Assembly: GCA_004431415.1 (NCBI GenBank)
Contig: QPMI01000520.1
Location: 434,001 to 498,000, forward strand
Origin: Cyanophora paradoxa CCMP329
Lineage: Eukaryota > Plantae > Glaucophyta
Direction: 5' to 3'
Length of the DNA: 64,000 nucleotides
The notes beneath the pieces were generated by a model. That model was not told the DNA's origin and ran no database searches. It was given only the letters and a program-made list of their open reading frames with translations. The position numbers were made by a program, and so were the translations under genes. Position 1 is the stretch's first letter; each line of letters opens with the position of its first letter. This document shows positions 1 through 12,000 of this stretch, in pieces.

Positions 1-3000
1 GAGCGCCTTCCGTATCCTCGTCAGCAATGGCGCCGGCTGACGTCCCGCGCAGTGCGACCTGGGTGATGACAACGGTCAAGCCGGCAGTGGGTGCTCGTCG
101 ACTTGCCAGAAAGTGTACATCCCGTCGTGCGGGAACGGCATCAAGGACGTCAACGAGCAGGCAAAGCGCCCGCCTCGCATGCGGCCTTACCTCGCCTTAC
201 CGTGGCCGGCAGTGCGACATGGGCGACCGCAACGGCCAGGCTGGTAGCGGCTGCTCGTCGACCTGCCGCACCGACTACCAGCCGCGCTGCGGCAACGGCA
301 TCATCGACAGGGGCGAGGAATGCGACCTCGCCAGCGTGCGTCCGACTTCAGAGCGAGCTGTTTGTGTCTCCCACGCTGATCAGATGGTTGGTTGCAGAGC
401 AACGGCCACAACGGCTCGGGGTGCACATCCGACTGCGAGAAGGTTTACGTGCCCAAGGTCCGCATACTCTCGAACCGCTTTCCGTCCCAACCTGATCCTC
501 GGGACAGTGCGGTAACGGCATCGTGGACCTCATGGAGGAGGTGGGACCGCCTTGCAGCCGCCATTCCTCGAAGAGCTCGAGCTTACGACCCGTCCCCCGC
601 AGTGCGACCTCGGCGAGAAGAACGGCGCCCCCGGCGCGTCTTGCACCGCCCGCTGCACAGATGTGCCCAAGCCGCAGGAGTGCAGTGCGTCTCGTCCTCA
701 GCCGCCGCGCGACCAAACCACGCGGCCTTCTCACTCTCGCCCCAGCGCCGGCGGTTCCATCCTGCGAGCCGACGACCGTGCCGATCGTCTTCTCCGACAG
801 CGGCCCGCGTGCGCCCGGCAGCCCCGCGGGCGGCGGCGGCCTTGCTAAAATCTTGGGCGCGCAGGCATCCTGAAGCTGAAGAAGGTCTTCTCGGACTCGA
901 ACGAGTGCTCCAACTCGGGCATCCGCGAGGTCTCCGCCGAGTGCCCCTCCCCCGCCCCGTCCCCCGTCCCCTGGAAGATCTCCGTCTCCCGCACCGACGC
1001 GGTCCGCTGCCCCGGGGCCCGAGGCCCCGCGCGCCCCCGCTGAGGGCCGCGGCAGCGCGTGGAGGCGGAGGCTGCGAGCGAGTCGGTGGAGGAGGCGGAG
1101 GCGCTGGCGGCGGACGCCTCGTTCCCCAGCATCGACTTCTCGGCGGGGCTCGCGCACGCCTCCGAGGCCGCCGACGGGGCCATCCCCGCCGCCTCCGAGG
1201 AGGCCGCCCCCGCCGAGGAGCCGGCCTCTGAGGTCGCGACCGCTGAAGAGACGGCGGTGGCGGCCGCGGAGGCCGAGCCCGTCGCGGCAGAGGCCGAGCC
1301 CGTGACCGTGGAGGCCGAGCCCGTGACAGTGGAGGCGATCGCCGCGGCGGAGCCCGAGCCGGTTGCCGCGGCCGAGGCGGAGCCCGTGCAGGCGGTCGAG
1401 GAGGAGGCCGTGGCCGCGTCGGAGCTGCCGGAGATGTCCCTCGAGGCGCTCCTGCGCGGCGTCGACGCCGGCAGCGAGGCGGCCTCCGCGCCGGCTGCCG
1501 CCCTCGGCGAGGGGGAGAACCTGCTGGCCGCCCTTGCCGTGTCGGCGACGGGCCCGGCGCGGGTGGCGCGGCTGGAGTCGTCGCCGCCGCCGTCGGTGCC
1601 AGAGGAGGAGATGGCGTACCTGGAGGCGCTGGAGGACGCGTGGGCGATCGTCTCCGAGGGCGAGCTCGACGGCGGCGCCCTCGGCGCCGAGCTCGACGAC
1701 CTCTACTACGCCGCCGCCGCCTCGGAGGAGTGCCCCACCGGCGTCGGCTGCGTCCACCCCGTGCGGCCCCGTCCCACTCGCCGGGGCGCGCCGGCCCCCG
1801 CTAACTGCCCGCGCGAGCAGAAGCCGGTCTCCGTCGACAAGGTCACGGACTACACCTCGGGCGTCCCGCCCAACTTCGTGCAGAGTGCGGCCCCCGCCGC
1901 TCGCGCCGGCGCCCCCGCGTCCGGCCGACGCCGCCCCGCGCCCGCGCAGCGCCGGAGTCGCCGGTCGTGGTGAACATCTCGCCCCCGAATGTGCTGATCG
2001 ACCAGAAGCCGCTGCCGCCGGTCCAAACGGGCGCCGCCGTCGTCACCGTCGTGAGCGAGGAGCCCGTCGTCAACTTCGGCGCCCCGGAGCACGTCGCCCA
2101 GACCCTCTCCCTTCCGGGCGTCACCCACGGCGCGCCCGCCATCCCCGCCGCGCGTCGCGGGGCCGCTGAGGGCGGGGCGCGCAGACTACTCGCAGGTGGA
2201 CGTGCGGTTCCAGCAGGAGGAGCCGCTGACGAAGGTGGAGGTGCCGGCGCAGAAGGTCGTCATCGAGTCGCGGCCGGTGCACGTCGTCGCCCCCGACGCC
2301 CTCCCCGAGCGCGAGGTCGTCGTCCCCACCGACCCCATCTACGTCTCCGTCCCGTCCGCCCCCGCCCCGGCCCCGCCCGCCCACCCACCCAGCCGGGCGC
2401 TCCTGACGCGCGGGGCGGGGCGGCAGGGCCCCCACGGTCTTCGCGAACGCGCCGAAGGGCCCGATCCACGCCCAGGCGGAGGCGCGGACGATCCACGTGA
2501 GCGTGCCGGCGCCGGTGCTCAACGTGCCCGAGGGCGTCGTCGTCACCAAGATGGCACCCTCCTCTTCCGTGGACATCGCCGTGCAGTCGCCGGCCGTCCA
2601 GGCCAGCGGCGCCCCCGTCTCCTCCGTCTCCAAGGAGGCCCCCGGCCAGACCGTCGACGTCAACGTCCCCGCCGTCGAGGCCGGCCCCAGCCCCGGCCCC
2701 GCCTCGCCGTGCCGGCCCCCCGGCGACCGTTTCTGCCGCGCAGGTTGCGCTGGGCATGACGCCGACGGACCAGTCGGTGCAAGTGGTGCCGCAGAGCCTG
2801 CGCATCTCCCCGGAGCCCCAGGAGCTCTACCTCCAGGTCCCCGAGGGGCCCTCCGTCGGTCCGCCCCGCCCCGGCCGCGAGCACCGCCCCCGCCCCGCCC
2901 CGACCCCGCCCCCCGCAGTCAACGTGCCGGTGCAGCCTGTCTACGTGCAAGTCCCCGACTACCCCGTCCGCAGTGCGCCCCGCCCCGCCCCGCCCCGCCC

Positions 3001-3758
3001 CGCCTCCCGGCGCCTGACGCGGCGCAGTCGACGGGCCGTCGGGGCCCATCAAGGTGGACATCCCCGCGCCCCAGATCGACGTCGACATCCCTGCCCCCAA
3101 GGTCGCGCCCCCCGCCCCGGGCCGCGCCCCGCCCGCCGTCGCGAGCGCGTCGCCGCAGGTGTCCGTGACGGCGCCGAAGGAGCCCCTGAAGATCACCATG
3201 CCGTGCGGCCGGCCCCGGCACTGCCACGCGCCGCGCCGCTCACGGGGGGGGCGCGCAGGGAGATCCCGATCGAGATCGACGTGCCGCGGGTGACGGTGAA
3301 CACGCGGGAGGACATCCTGACGGCGGGCGGGAACGACCCGCTCGAGTCGGTCTTCGTGGAGGTCTCGGACGACACGGTGACGCTGAACGAGCCCTCGATG
3401 CCCGTCATCCTCCGCATCGTCCGCGGGCCCTCCAAGCGCCGCCTCCTCGACGAGGAGCGCCAGCAGCAGCGCGACGAGAGCGACGACGAGTACGACGGCG
3501 AGCTCGAGATCAGCGGCTCCGTCGGCGCCGTCCTCTCCCGCCACGCCGTCGCCCCCACTGCCGTGCGTCCCGCCCCTCCTCCCACCCCCCACCCCCCCCA
3601 CCCCACCCCACCCCCGGCCCCCGGCCCCCGGCCCCCGCTGCATCGCCCGGCCCTCGCCTCGGCCGACCCCCGAGGCGCAGGAGGATGCGGCTGCGGCGAC
3701 GGAGGGCGTCGAGGCCGACTACGTGGAGTACCTGACGGGCCTCGACCAGGACATGTAG
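1..3758 (+). CDS. Multi-exon gene, 5' end outside window: Myxococcus-type Cys-rich repeats (DUF4215-like), acidic EAEPV region and long Val/Pro-rich region; probably extracellular or cortical
   Basis: Spliced exons give repeated CD(L/M)GxxNGxxGSGCSSxC...CGNGIxDxxEE units (1-680), then A/E-rich EAEPV repeats (1060-1700) and VxP-rich exons (1967-3400). Last exon ends YLTGLDQDM-TAG at 3758. Exon boundaries inferred by eye. Confidence 0.65.
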
Positions 3759-4149
3759 GCGACTGCTTAGGAACCGTAGCTCGCGCGCGTGTGTTTGTGC
3801 GTTGTGTGCCAAATCGACGCATGCGCGATGAAAGGCAGGGGGACTGCAACGTCCAACGGCCTAGGGGGACTGCAACTACGGGACTGCCCCAGCTGCCCCG
3901 TCCGTCCCTGGCCCGTCGCCCTCGCCGAGGAGCCTCGTCCAGGTTATTAAGCAGGAGGTCGATGCCGCGAATCGAAGGCCGCATGCGCAGCCCCAGCGGG
4001 GCCGGGGACGTCGACTGTTAACGTTTAACGTTTTCTAGATCTAGGCCTACGTTTACCGCGGCCGGTTGGGTCTGAAGTAGGCCGGAGCGCACGAAGGCCG
4101 GCTCTACCCCTCCAGACGCGCGAAAGTGCCGCCAGCTGCAGACGACGGG

Positions 4150-5771
4150 ATGGCCTCACAGTCAAGATGGCCAGCTGCGGACGACGTGGATGAGGTGATC
4201 AAGATGGCCGCGGAGGAGGCAGACTCCGCGGCCGCCGCGTCGAGCGCCTTCAATGGCCGGAGCAGCCCGAAGGACGTAGAGAACGTCGCGGCAGCCCTGC
4301 AGGCGAAGATCGCAGAGCTTGTAAGTCCTTAGTGCCTGCAGTATGCGAGGATCGCGCTCACGTTCCGCGCAGGAGGACGACGCGCCGGAGCCAGGTGGTC
4401 AGCATATTCAAAACCGCACGCCGCGATAGCTGAGCCCTGCGTAGATGCGGCAAAGGACAAGAAGAAGAGCAAAGATAGCAAGGATGCAGGCGGCGACGCG
4501 TACAAGCAGAAGTACCTGGCGCAGGCATGCCGCGCCGCTCGGTCATTCCGATCGCCCCGGCTTCCGGCTGAAGCGCTCCTCCAGGTGCAGGAAACCAAGA
4601 AAGCGCAACAAGAGAGCGCTACGTTGCGAAAGAAGATTGAGCAGTCCGCTCGGGAAAAGGATACAAGTAGGCGCCCCAGCGCTCGCCGCCGCATGCCCGC
4701 CCCAACCGACGCGGGTGCGGCGCAGTCTACGCGGAGCTCACGAAGTCGAACGCGATCAAAAGCAAGCTTGAGACTCTCTGCCGAGAGCTGCAGAAGAACA
4801 ACAAGATAATACTTGTCCGCCAACCGCACCTGCGCTCTGCAGCCATCGCGCCTGCGCCTGACGTCTCCCCTGCTATGACGCACGCAGGAGGAGAGCAAGC
4901 GCGTGGCGCTGGATGAGGCCACGAAGCGGCAGGAGCTCTCCAAGAAGTTCCACGACACGATCAAGGACATCACGCAGAAGCTGGAGGAACAGGGCGAGGA
5001 GAGGATGAAGCAGTTCAGGGAAAACGAGCTGTGCGCGGCTTTCCTTTCCTTTTCTTTTGCACCGGGCCGACGCGTGGCAGGCTGCGGGACAAGCTGAAGA
5101 ACTTCGCGGAACAGTACGAGCTGCGGGAGCAGCACTTCGCGCATCAGCTGAAGACGAAGGACCTGGAGCAGCAGCTGTGGCAGGCGAAGTTCCAGCAGCA
5201 GAAAGAGCTGGCGGACCAGGAGGCGGTGAAGGCGGCAGCGTACAAGGAGCAGGCGGCGACACTGGTGAAGACGGAGCAGGAGCTGCGGAGCCAGCTGCAG
5301 ATGTACGGGGAGAAGTTCGAGCAGTTCCAGGAGACGTTGACCAAGTCCAACGAGGTCTTCAACACCTTCAAGAAAGAGATGGAGAAGGCGCGCGCCCCCG
5401 CCAGCCGGCCGGCCCGCCCGCCGGCCCGCCCGCCCGCCGCGCCCGCCCGCTGAGGCCGGCCCGCAGATGTCAAAGACGATCAAGCAGCTCGAGAAGGAGA
5501 ATACATCGCTGAAAGACAAGTGCCAGAAGTCGGACATCACCATCATAGGTCCGCCGCCGCCGCCACCCCCCCGCCCGGCCGGCCGCCCTGGGCCTGCCGA
5601 CGCGGACGCGCAGAGATGATCGAGGAGAAGACAAGCTCGCAGAAGAAGTTCGAGACGCTGAAGGCGCAGAAGGAGAAGCTGGAGGGCCTGTGCAGGACGC
5701 TGCAGGAGCGGCAAAAGAAGCAGGCCGCAGAAAACAGCTCCCCGCCGCCGGCCCCCGCCGCCCCCGCCTAG
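4150..5771 (+). CDS. Taxilin family coiled-coil protein (multi-exon)
   Basis: Taxilin signature segments KSKLETLCRELQKNNK, EQYELREQHF, YGEKFEQFQETLTKSNEVFNTFKKEMEKMSK and KLEGLCRTLQ across spliced exons. Confidence 0.9.
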
Positions 5772-6036
5772 CTTTTTTCGCCGCCCGCCCGCTTTTTTTT
5801 CCTGCCGCCGCCGCCGCGCGGCTTTTGTCCGCCCTGCAGGACCCCCGCCCCCCTGGCCTCGCCCCCCTCGCCGGGGGTAGGCCACAGTGCGGTGCCGGTG
5901 CGGGGCGCTCGCTGGGGCACCTGCAGAGCTGAGCCGCACTGCGAATCGATGTATCAATTATCTTCTAAGAGGCGATCTGTAAACTGTTGCACGCGGGGCG
6001 TCCAAAGAAGGGGAGGCAGGGGTCAGGGGTCTGGGT

Positions 6037-9000
6037 CTAGAGGTCGGGGAGGGCGTCGGGGTCGAGGCCGCGGAGGCGGAGGGCGTAGACGTGCCCGAGA
6101 CTGTCGCCGGCGGCGAGGAGGGGCGGTCCGCCCTCGGGCCCCGCGGCGGCGTCGAGGGCCGTGCAGGCGGCGCGCGTCGCGAACTCGGCGAGCAGCTGCG
6201 GGGGCCCCTCGTGCGCCTCCAGGCCCCGCCCCTCGTGCTGGGCGCCCTTGCCGCCCTCCACCACGGGGCTAAAGCGGGCGCGCCAGACGCGGACCCAGCC
6301 GTCGCCGCAGGCCGCCGCGAGGGTCATGTCCAGCACGCTGACGGCCACCGCGCCGCGCCCCGCGCGCTTCTTGCCGACGTCCCGCTCGAGGCGGGCGCGG
6401 AGGAGGCGGAGGCGGGAGACGGCGGGGCCGGAGGGCGGGGCGGGGACGAGGGGCTCGGCCCCGCAGAAGAGGGTCTGCTTCTCGAGGTCGGCGGCGAGGA
6501 GGTGCCCGTCAAGGGTGAAGGCCGCCGCGAAGCGCCCCTCGGCCATCGCGCAGCACGCCAGCGGCCGCGCGGGGCCCCTCGCTGCGCCGGGCCCGCTGAG
6601 GGGCGGGAGGAGGACGTCGGGGCGGGCCTCGTCGCCGCCGGCCTCGGGCTCGCGCCAGGCGCGGAGGCGGCCGTCGTGGGAGGCGGCGAGGAGGGCGAAG
6701 GGCCCGCGGCAGCCGGCGGGGCGGGCCGCCACGTCCACCACCCAGTCCAGCGCGGGGAAGGAGCTCCAGGCGAGCTCGAGGCGGCAGCTGCGCTCCTCCG
6801 GCTGCCAGAGCTCCACGCGGCGGGCCCAGGAGGCGACCAGCCAGCGGCCGTCGGGGGTGGCGGCGAGGGCCGCGACGGGGGCCTCGCGGGGGGCCCCGGC
6901 GCCGCCGTAGGGCTTGCCCGAGGCGGCGTGCCAGGTGTAGAGGTCCCCGCCGCGCACCCCGCCGCCACCAGCGCCCCGTCCGCGCTCCACGCCACGCTCT
7001 CCAGGCGCGCCGCGCGGCCCCCGGCGCCGGCGGGGAGCGGCAGCAGCCGCAGCAGCTCGCCCGTGGTGGCGTCGGTGAGGGCGGCGCCGCGCCCGTCGGG
7101 CGAGACGGAGGCGAGGGTGCGGGCGTCGGGCGAGAGGGCGACGGCCGTGACGCGCTCGAGGTGTGCGGGGGCCTCCTGCTGCCCCCCGCTCGCCTCCCAG
7201 AGCTGCGGCGGGGAGGATCAGGCGCTGCGCGCAGCGGGCGGGGGGGGCGGGCGGGGGGGCGGACGCGGAGGGTGCCGTCCTCGGAGGCGGTGGCGAGGGC
7301 GGCGTCGGGCCCGTAGGCGAGGCCCCGCACCGGCCCCGAGTGCCCCGCCAGCGCCCCGAGGCCGCTCCCGGGGGCGAGCGTCCAGCCCCGCACCGTCCCG
7401 TCCTGCGCCGCCGAGAAGAGGCGCAGGGAGTCGGGCCCGAAGGCGAGGGCCGAGATAGCCCCCGCGTGGCCGGCGAGGGCCTGCCCGCGGTACGCGTCCG
7501 GGCCGGCCTCCTCGCCCTCCTCGCCGCGGGCGCGGGCGGCGGCGGCGGCGCGCTCGACCTCCGCCGCGAAGTAGAGGCGGAGCTCGCCGCTGACCTCCCC
7601 CGTCGCGATCGCCGCGCCGTCCGGCGAAAAGGCGGCGGCGGTGACGGGCCCGCCGTGCCCGGCGAGGTCCACGGTGCGGCCGCCGGCGCCCCACGGCGTC
7701 AGCGAGCACTTGCCCTCCCACGAGGCCGTCAGGAGCACGCCCGAGTCGCCCGGCGCGAACGCGAGCGCCGTGACGAGGTCCCAGTGGGGCTGGAGCCGCG
7801 CCAGGCGCCGCCGCCGCCGCCAGTCCCACACCACGACGCTCCCGTCGCGCGCGCCGGCCGCAAGGATCGCCGCCTCCTCCTCCTCGCCCCAGCTGCCGCC
7901 GGGGCGGGGGCCGCCGGCGAGGCCGGAGCGGAGGTCGCGGGGCGCGAAGGCGAGCGCGGAGACGGCGCCGGCGTGCTCGTCGAGGGTGGCGAGGAGGGCG
8001 TGCGGGGGAGGGCGAGGGGCCCCTCGGCGCCGGGCTCCTCCTCGTCGCGCGGGAGGCGGACGGGCTCGACGGCGGCGCTGAAGACGCGGGCCGTCGTGTC
8101 GGCGGAGCCCGTCGCGAAGAGCGCCCCCGAGGCGTCGAAGGCGCACGCGTTGACCGCCTCCGCGTGCGCCGGCAGCAGCGCCCCCGGCTCCAGCAGCAGC
8201 TCGCACCCGCAGCCGCCCCCGACGAGGCGCCAGAGCCGCGCGTGCCCGTCGGCGGCGCCCACGAGGAGGAGGCCCTCGCTGGGGCTGGCGGCGAGGGCGG
8301 AGAGGGGCGCGGCGTGGGCCTGGAGGCGCTGCGGGGCGCCGCCGGGGCGGGTGGCGTCCCAGGCGAGGAGGCGGCCCTCGGCGTCGGCCCCACGACGGCC
8401 TCGTGCGCCGGCAGCAGCACCAGCGCCGCCACCGCCGCCCGCTTCCGCCCCGCCGCCGCCCGGGGCAGGGGCCGTGCGGAGGGCCGCCACAGGGGCGGCG
8501 GGGGCGAGCGGGGCGGGAAGAGGGCGACCTGGCGGGCCCCCGCGGCGTCCCAGAGGCGCGCCGGGGCCGCCGCCTCCTCGAAGGCCGCCGCCAGCTCGCG
8601 CCCGTCGGGGCTGAAGCGGAGGGCGAGGCCCGGGCGGGGCCCGCCGGCGGCGAGGCGCACGTGCGGGGTCGGCACGCCGCGGCGCCAGAGGAGGAGGGCC
8701 CCGTCGAGGCCGAGCGAGGCGAAGAGGGCGGGGTCCGAGGGGCAGAAGCCGAGGGCGCGCACGGCGCGCGTGTGGCCCAGCAGCGACTCCGCCTCCCCCG
8801 CCCCCACGCGGCCCTCCGTCGCCACCGCCCACAGCCGGATGCTGCGCGCCCGGCGTCAGGGGGAGGCGGCGGTGCGGACGGGAGGGCGGGGTGCGCGCCA
8901 GCCGTCCCAGGCGCCGGTGGCGAGGGCGAGGCCGTCGGGGGACCAGGCGACGGCGTTGACGGGCTTGTCGCCGGGGGCGCGGAGGGTGGCGACGCACTCG

Positions 9001-12000
9001 CCGGCGGCGAGGTCCCACACGCGCACGCTCGCGTCCCACGAGGCGGAGGCCAGCAGCTCGCCCCCGGGGAGGCGGCGAGGGCGACGACGGGCCGCCCGTG
9101 CCCCGCCAGCGGCGCCGGCTCCCCGGCCGAGACGGCGTCGAGCACGCGGAGGGCGCCGTCCGCGCACGCCGCCACGAGGCGCCCCGCGGCGGCCCCCGCG
9201 AAGGCGAGGGCGTGCACGGCGGCGGCGTGCGGCGGCGAGGCCGCCAGCTCGGCCCCGTGCGCGTGCAGAAGATGCGCACCGCCCCGTCGCGCCCGGCGGC
9301 GGCGAGGCGGCGGCCGGCGGGGTCGAAGGCGCAGCAGAGGACGCCGTCGCGGTGGGCGGGGAGCGTCGCGCGGCACGGGTCCGTCCGCACGGGTTTGTTC
9401 GCGTGCTCCACCCACGATCCGCCCTCCGCCGCCAGCGCCGCCGCCGCCGCCTCCGCGGGGGCCGTCCCCTCCGGCCAGTTCGCGGCCTGCGGGGCGGCGT
9501 CAGGGGAGAGAAAGAGAGGAGGGCGGGGGAGGGGCGGACGAGCTGGAGGGCGAGGTGGGGCCGCGCCCCGAGGATGTGCGCGTTGGCGCGCACGAAGCGC
9601 GCGAAGTCGCAGACGCGGCCGCAGGCGGCGCGCGAGAAGGCGTTGGCGGCGGCGGCGGCCGAGGCGGCGGCGGCGGCCTGCGAGACGGCGGAGAAGCGGG
9701 AGAAGCCCCCCACGGGCCCGTCCTCCTCGGCGTCGAAGCCGGCGCCGGCGGGGCCGCCGCCGAGGCGCAGGGCGTCGGCGTAGTCGTCGAGGAGGTCGTG
9801 GAGCATGCCGGCGGCGCACTTGCGGCGCACGAAGGCGACGTCGGTGAGCAGCGCCTCGAGCTCGCCCCAGGCCCGCGCCCGCGCGAGGTGCCGCGCGGCC
9901 TCCGCCAGGCCCCGCCGCTCGCCCCGCCCCGCCCCCTCGTCCGGCTCCTCGACGGCGCGGAGAAAGTGGGCGGCGAGGTGCCCGTGCACGGCGAGCGCCT
10001 GCGGCGATGTGTCGGAGCCGCGCAGGTACCGCCGCCGCACCGCCGCCTCCGCCAGCGGGTGGAAGAGCGAGAGGCGCGGCTCCCCGCCGGGCCCGGGCGT
10101 CTCCCGCAGGAAGGGCCGCAGGGCGCGCAGCAGGGGCGCAAAGCGGGCGGCGGCGAGGCGGGCCTCGCCGGCGGTGCGGGCGCGGAGGGCCGGCGGGGGG
10201 CCAGGAGGTCGGCGGTCGCCCGGGGCGGGGCGGCCGCAGCAGCGCCGCCAGCTCCGACTCGTGCAGGCCGCCCCGCGCGCACAGCAGCGCGGCGAGGGCG
10301 CCGGCGGCGAGGGCGCGGCCGCCGGGGCCGGGGCGGGGCCGTCGGCGCGGAGGGAGGAGCGGGCGGAGGAGCGGGGGCGAGGGAGGGCTCGACGTCGGCC
10401 TCGAGGCGGGCGAAGGCGTCCTCGAGGAGGCGCTGGAGGGTGCCCGGCAGGCCCTGCAGCTTCTCCCGCAGGCCCTCGAACGACCCGAAGCACCGCAGCT
10501 CCTCGCACGCCACAGCGAGGTAGAGGGGCTTGTCGGCGTCGAGCTTCTTCGCGAGCACGTCCATCTCGTTGGCGCCGCCGCCCTCGGCCCCCTCCTGCAG
10601 CCGCTTCCGGTAGCGGCCGAGGGCGGCGCGGACGAGGGCGCGGCGCTCCTCGAGGGGCATTGGGCCGACGGGGACGAGGGGCGGGGCGGGGCGGCGGCGG
10701 CGGAGGGCCTCGAGGGCGGCGCCGGCGTCCGGCCCGTCGGGGGCGGCGGAGACGATGCAGGGGACGGGGAGGGAGGCGGGGAGCCAGGTGAGGAGGCGGG
10801 CGCGGTGCGCCTCGTCCAGCGCGTCCAGCCCGTCGATCACGATCAGCACCCGCTTCGACTCGCCCCTGCCGCCCCCGTCGCGCCCGGGCGGGGCGGGGCG
10901 GGGCGGGGCGCGGGGCGGGGGAGGCACGTGTGGAGGGCGGCGAGCTGCGCGTAGCGGACGAGGGCCTCCTGCAGCGCCCGCCACTCGTGCGGCACGCTCC
11001 CTGCGCGCTCCGCTCGCCGCGGGGCGCGGGGCGGGGCGGGGCGGGCGGGGTCGGCCTCGCTCGCGCACCCTCGTCGGCGCCGCACCAGCGGGCGATCTCG
11101 AGGCAGATGCGGCGGAGGAGGCGCCGGGCGTCCGCGGCGGCCGCCCCCTCGCCGGCCCCCACCGCGTGGAAGACGCAGAGGGCCTTGCCGCGGCGCTTGG
11201 CGGCGCGGGCGGCCCAGTGGGCGCGGAAGCGGGTGGCGGCGGCGGCGAGGAGGCTCGTCTTGCCGCAGCCGCTGCGGCCCTCGACGGCGAGCACGGGCCG
11301 CTCGAGGACGGCGCGGTCGGGGCCGGCGAGGGCGTACCCCTCGACGAGGCGCTCGAGGAGGTCGGCGCGGCCGACGAAGCCGGCGTCGGGCCCGGCGCGG
11401 GCGTCGCGGAGGGCCTCGTGGGGCTCGCGCTCCGCGAGGACCTCGTCCGGCTCGCCGGCCTCCAGCTCGGGGAACTCGGCGTCGAGGGCCGCCCACAGCT
11501 GCTCCCGCGCCCCCGCCTCGAAGGCCCCCAGGGCCCCCACCTGGGGCAGCCCGTTGAGGACGCCGGCCCAGGTGCACGGGTAGTCCTCCGTGACGCGCCC
11601 CGGGCAGCGCTTGCGGAGGGCCTGCTTGAGGGCCGCGAGCCGCAGCGCCGCCTCGGGCGACTCCGCCTCGAAGCCCCTCCGCAGCTCCGCCGGCGCCGAG
11701 GAGAGGTACGCGGGGGAGCGGAAGAAGAAGCAGGCGCGCGGGTTGTGCCGCGCGATCGCCGCGTGCCGCATCTCGAGCTCCGTGATGGAGCGCCCGGGGG
11801 GCAGGCTCTTGAGCCAGTCGTAGCGGGCCTCGTCGGGGGCGGCGTAGGCCTCGGGGCAGTAGCCGTAGCGCTGCCCGAGGATGCCGAGGAAGAGGGGCCG
11901 GCAGCGGTCCACCTGCTCCAGGCACACCTCGATCGGGCTCCGCTCCGCCAGGTCCTCCCCCGTCACCCCCCACCGCCTGCCCCGGCGCTGAGCGGGGCCG

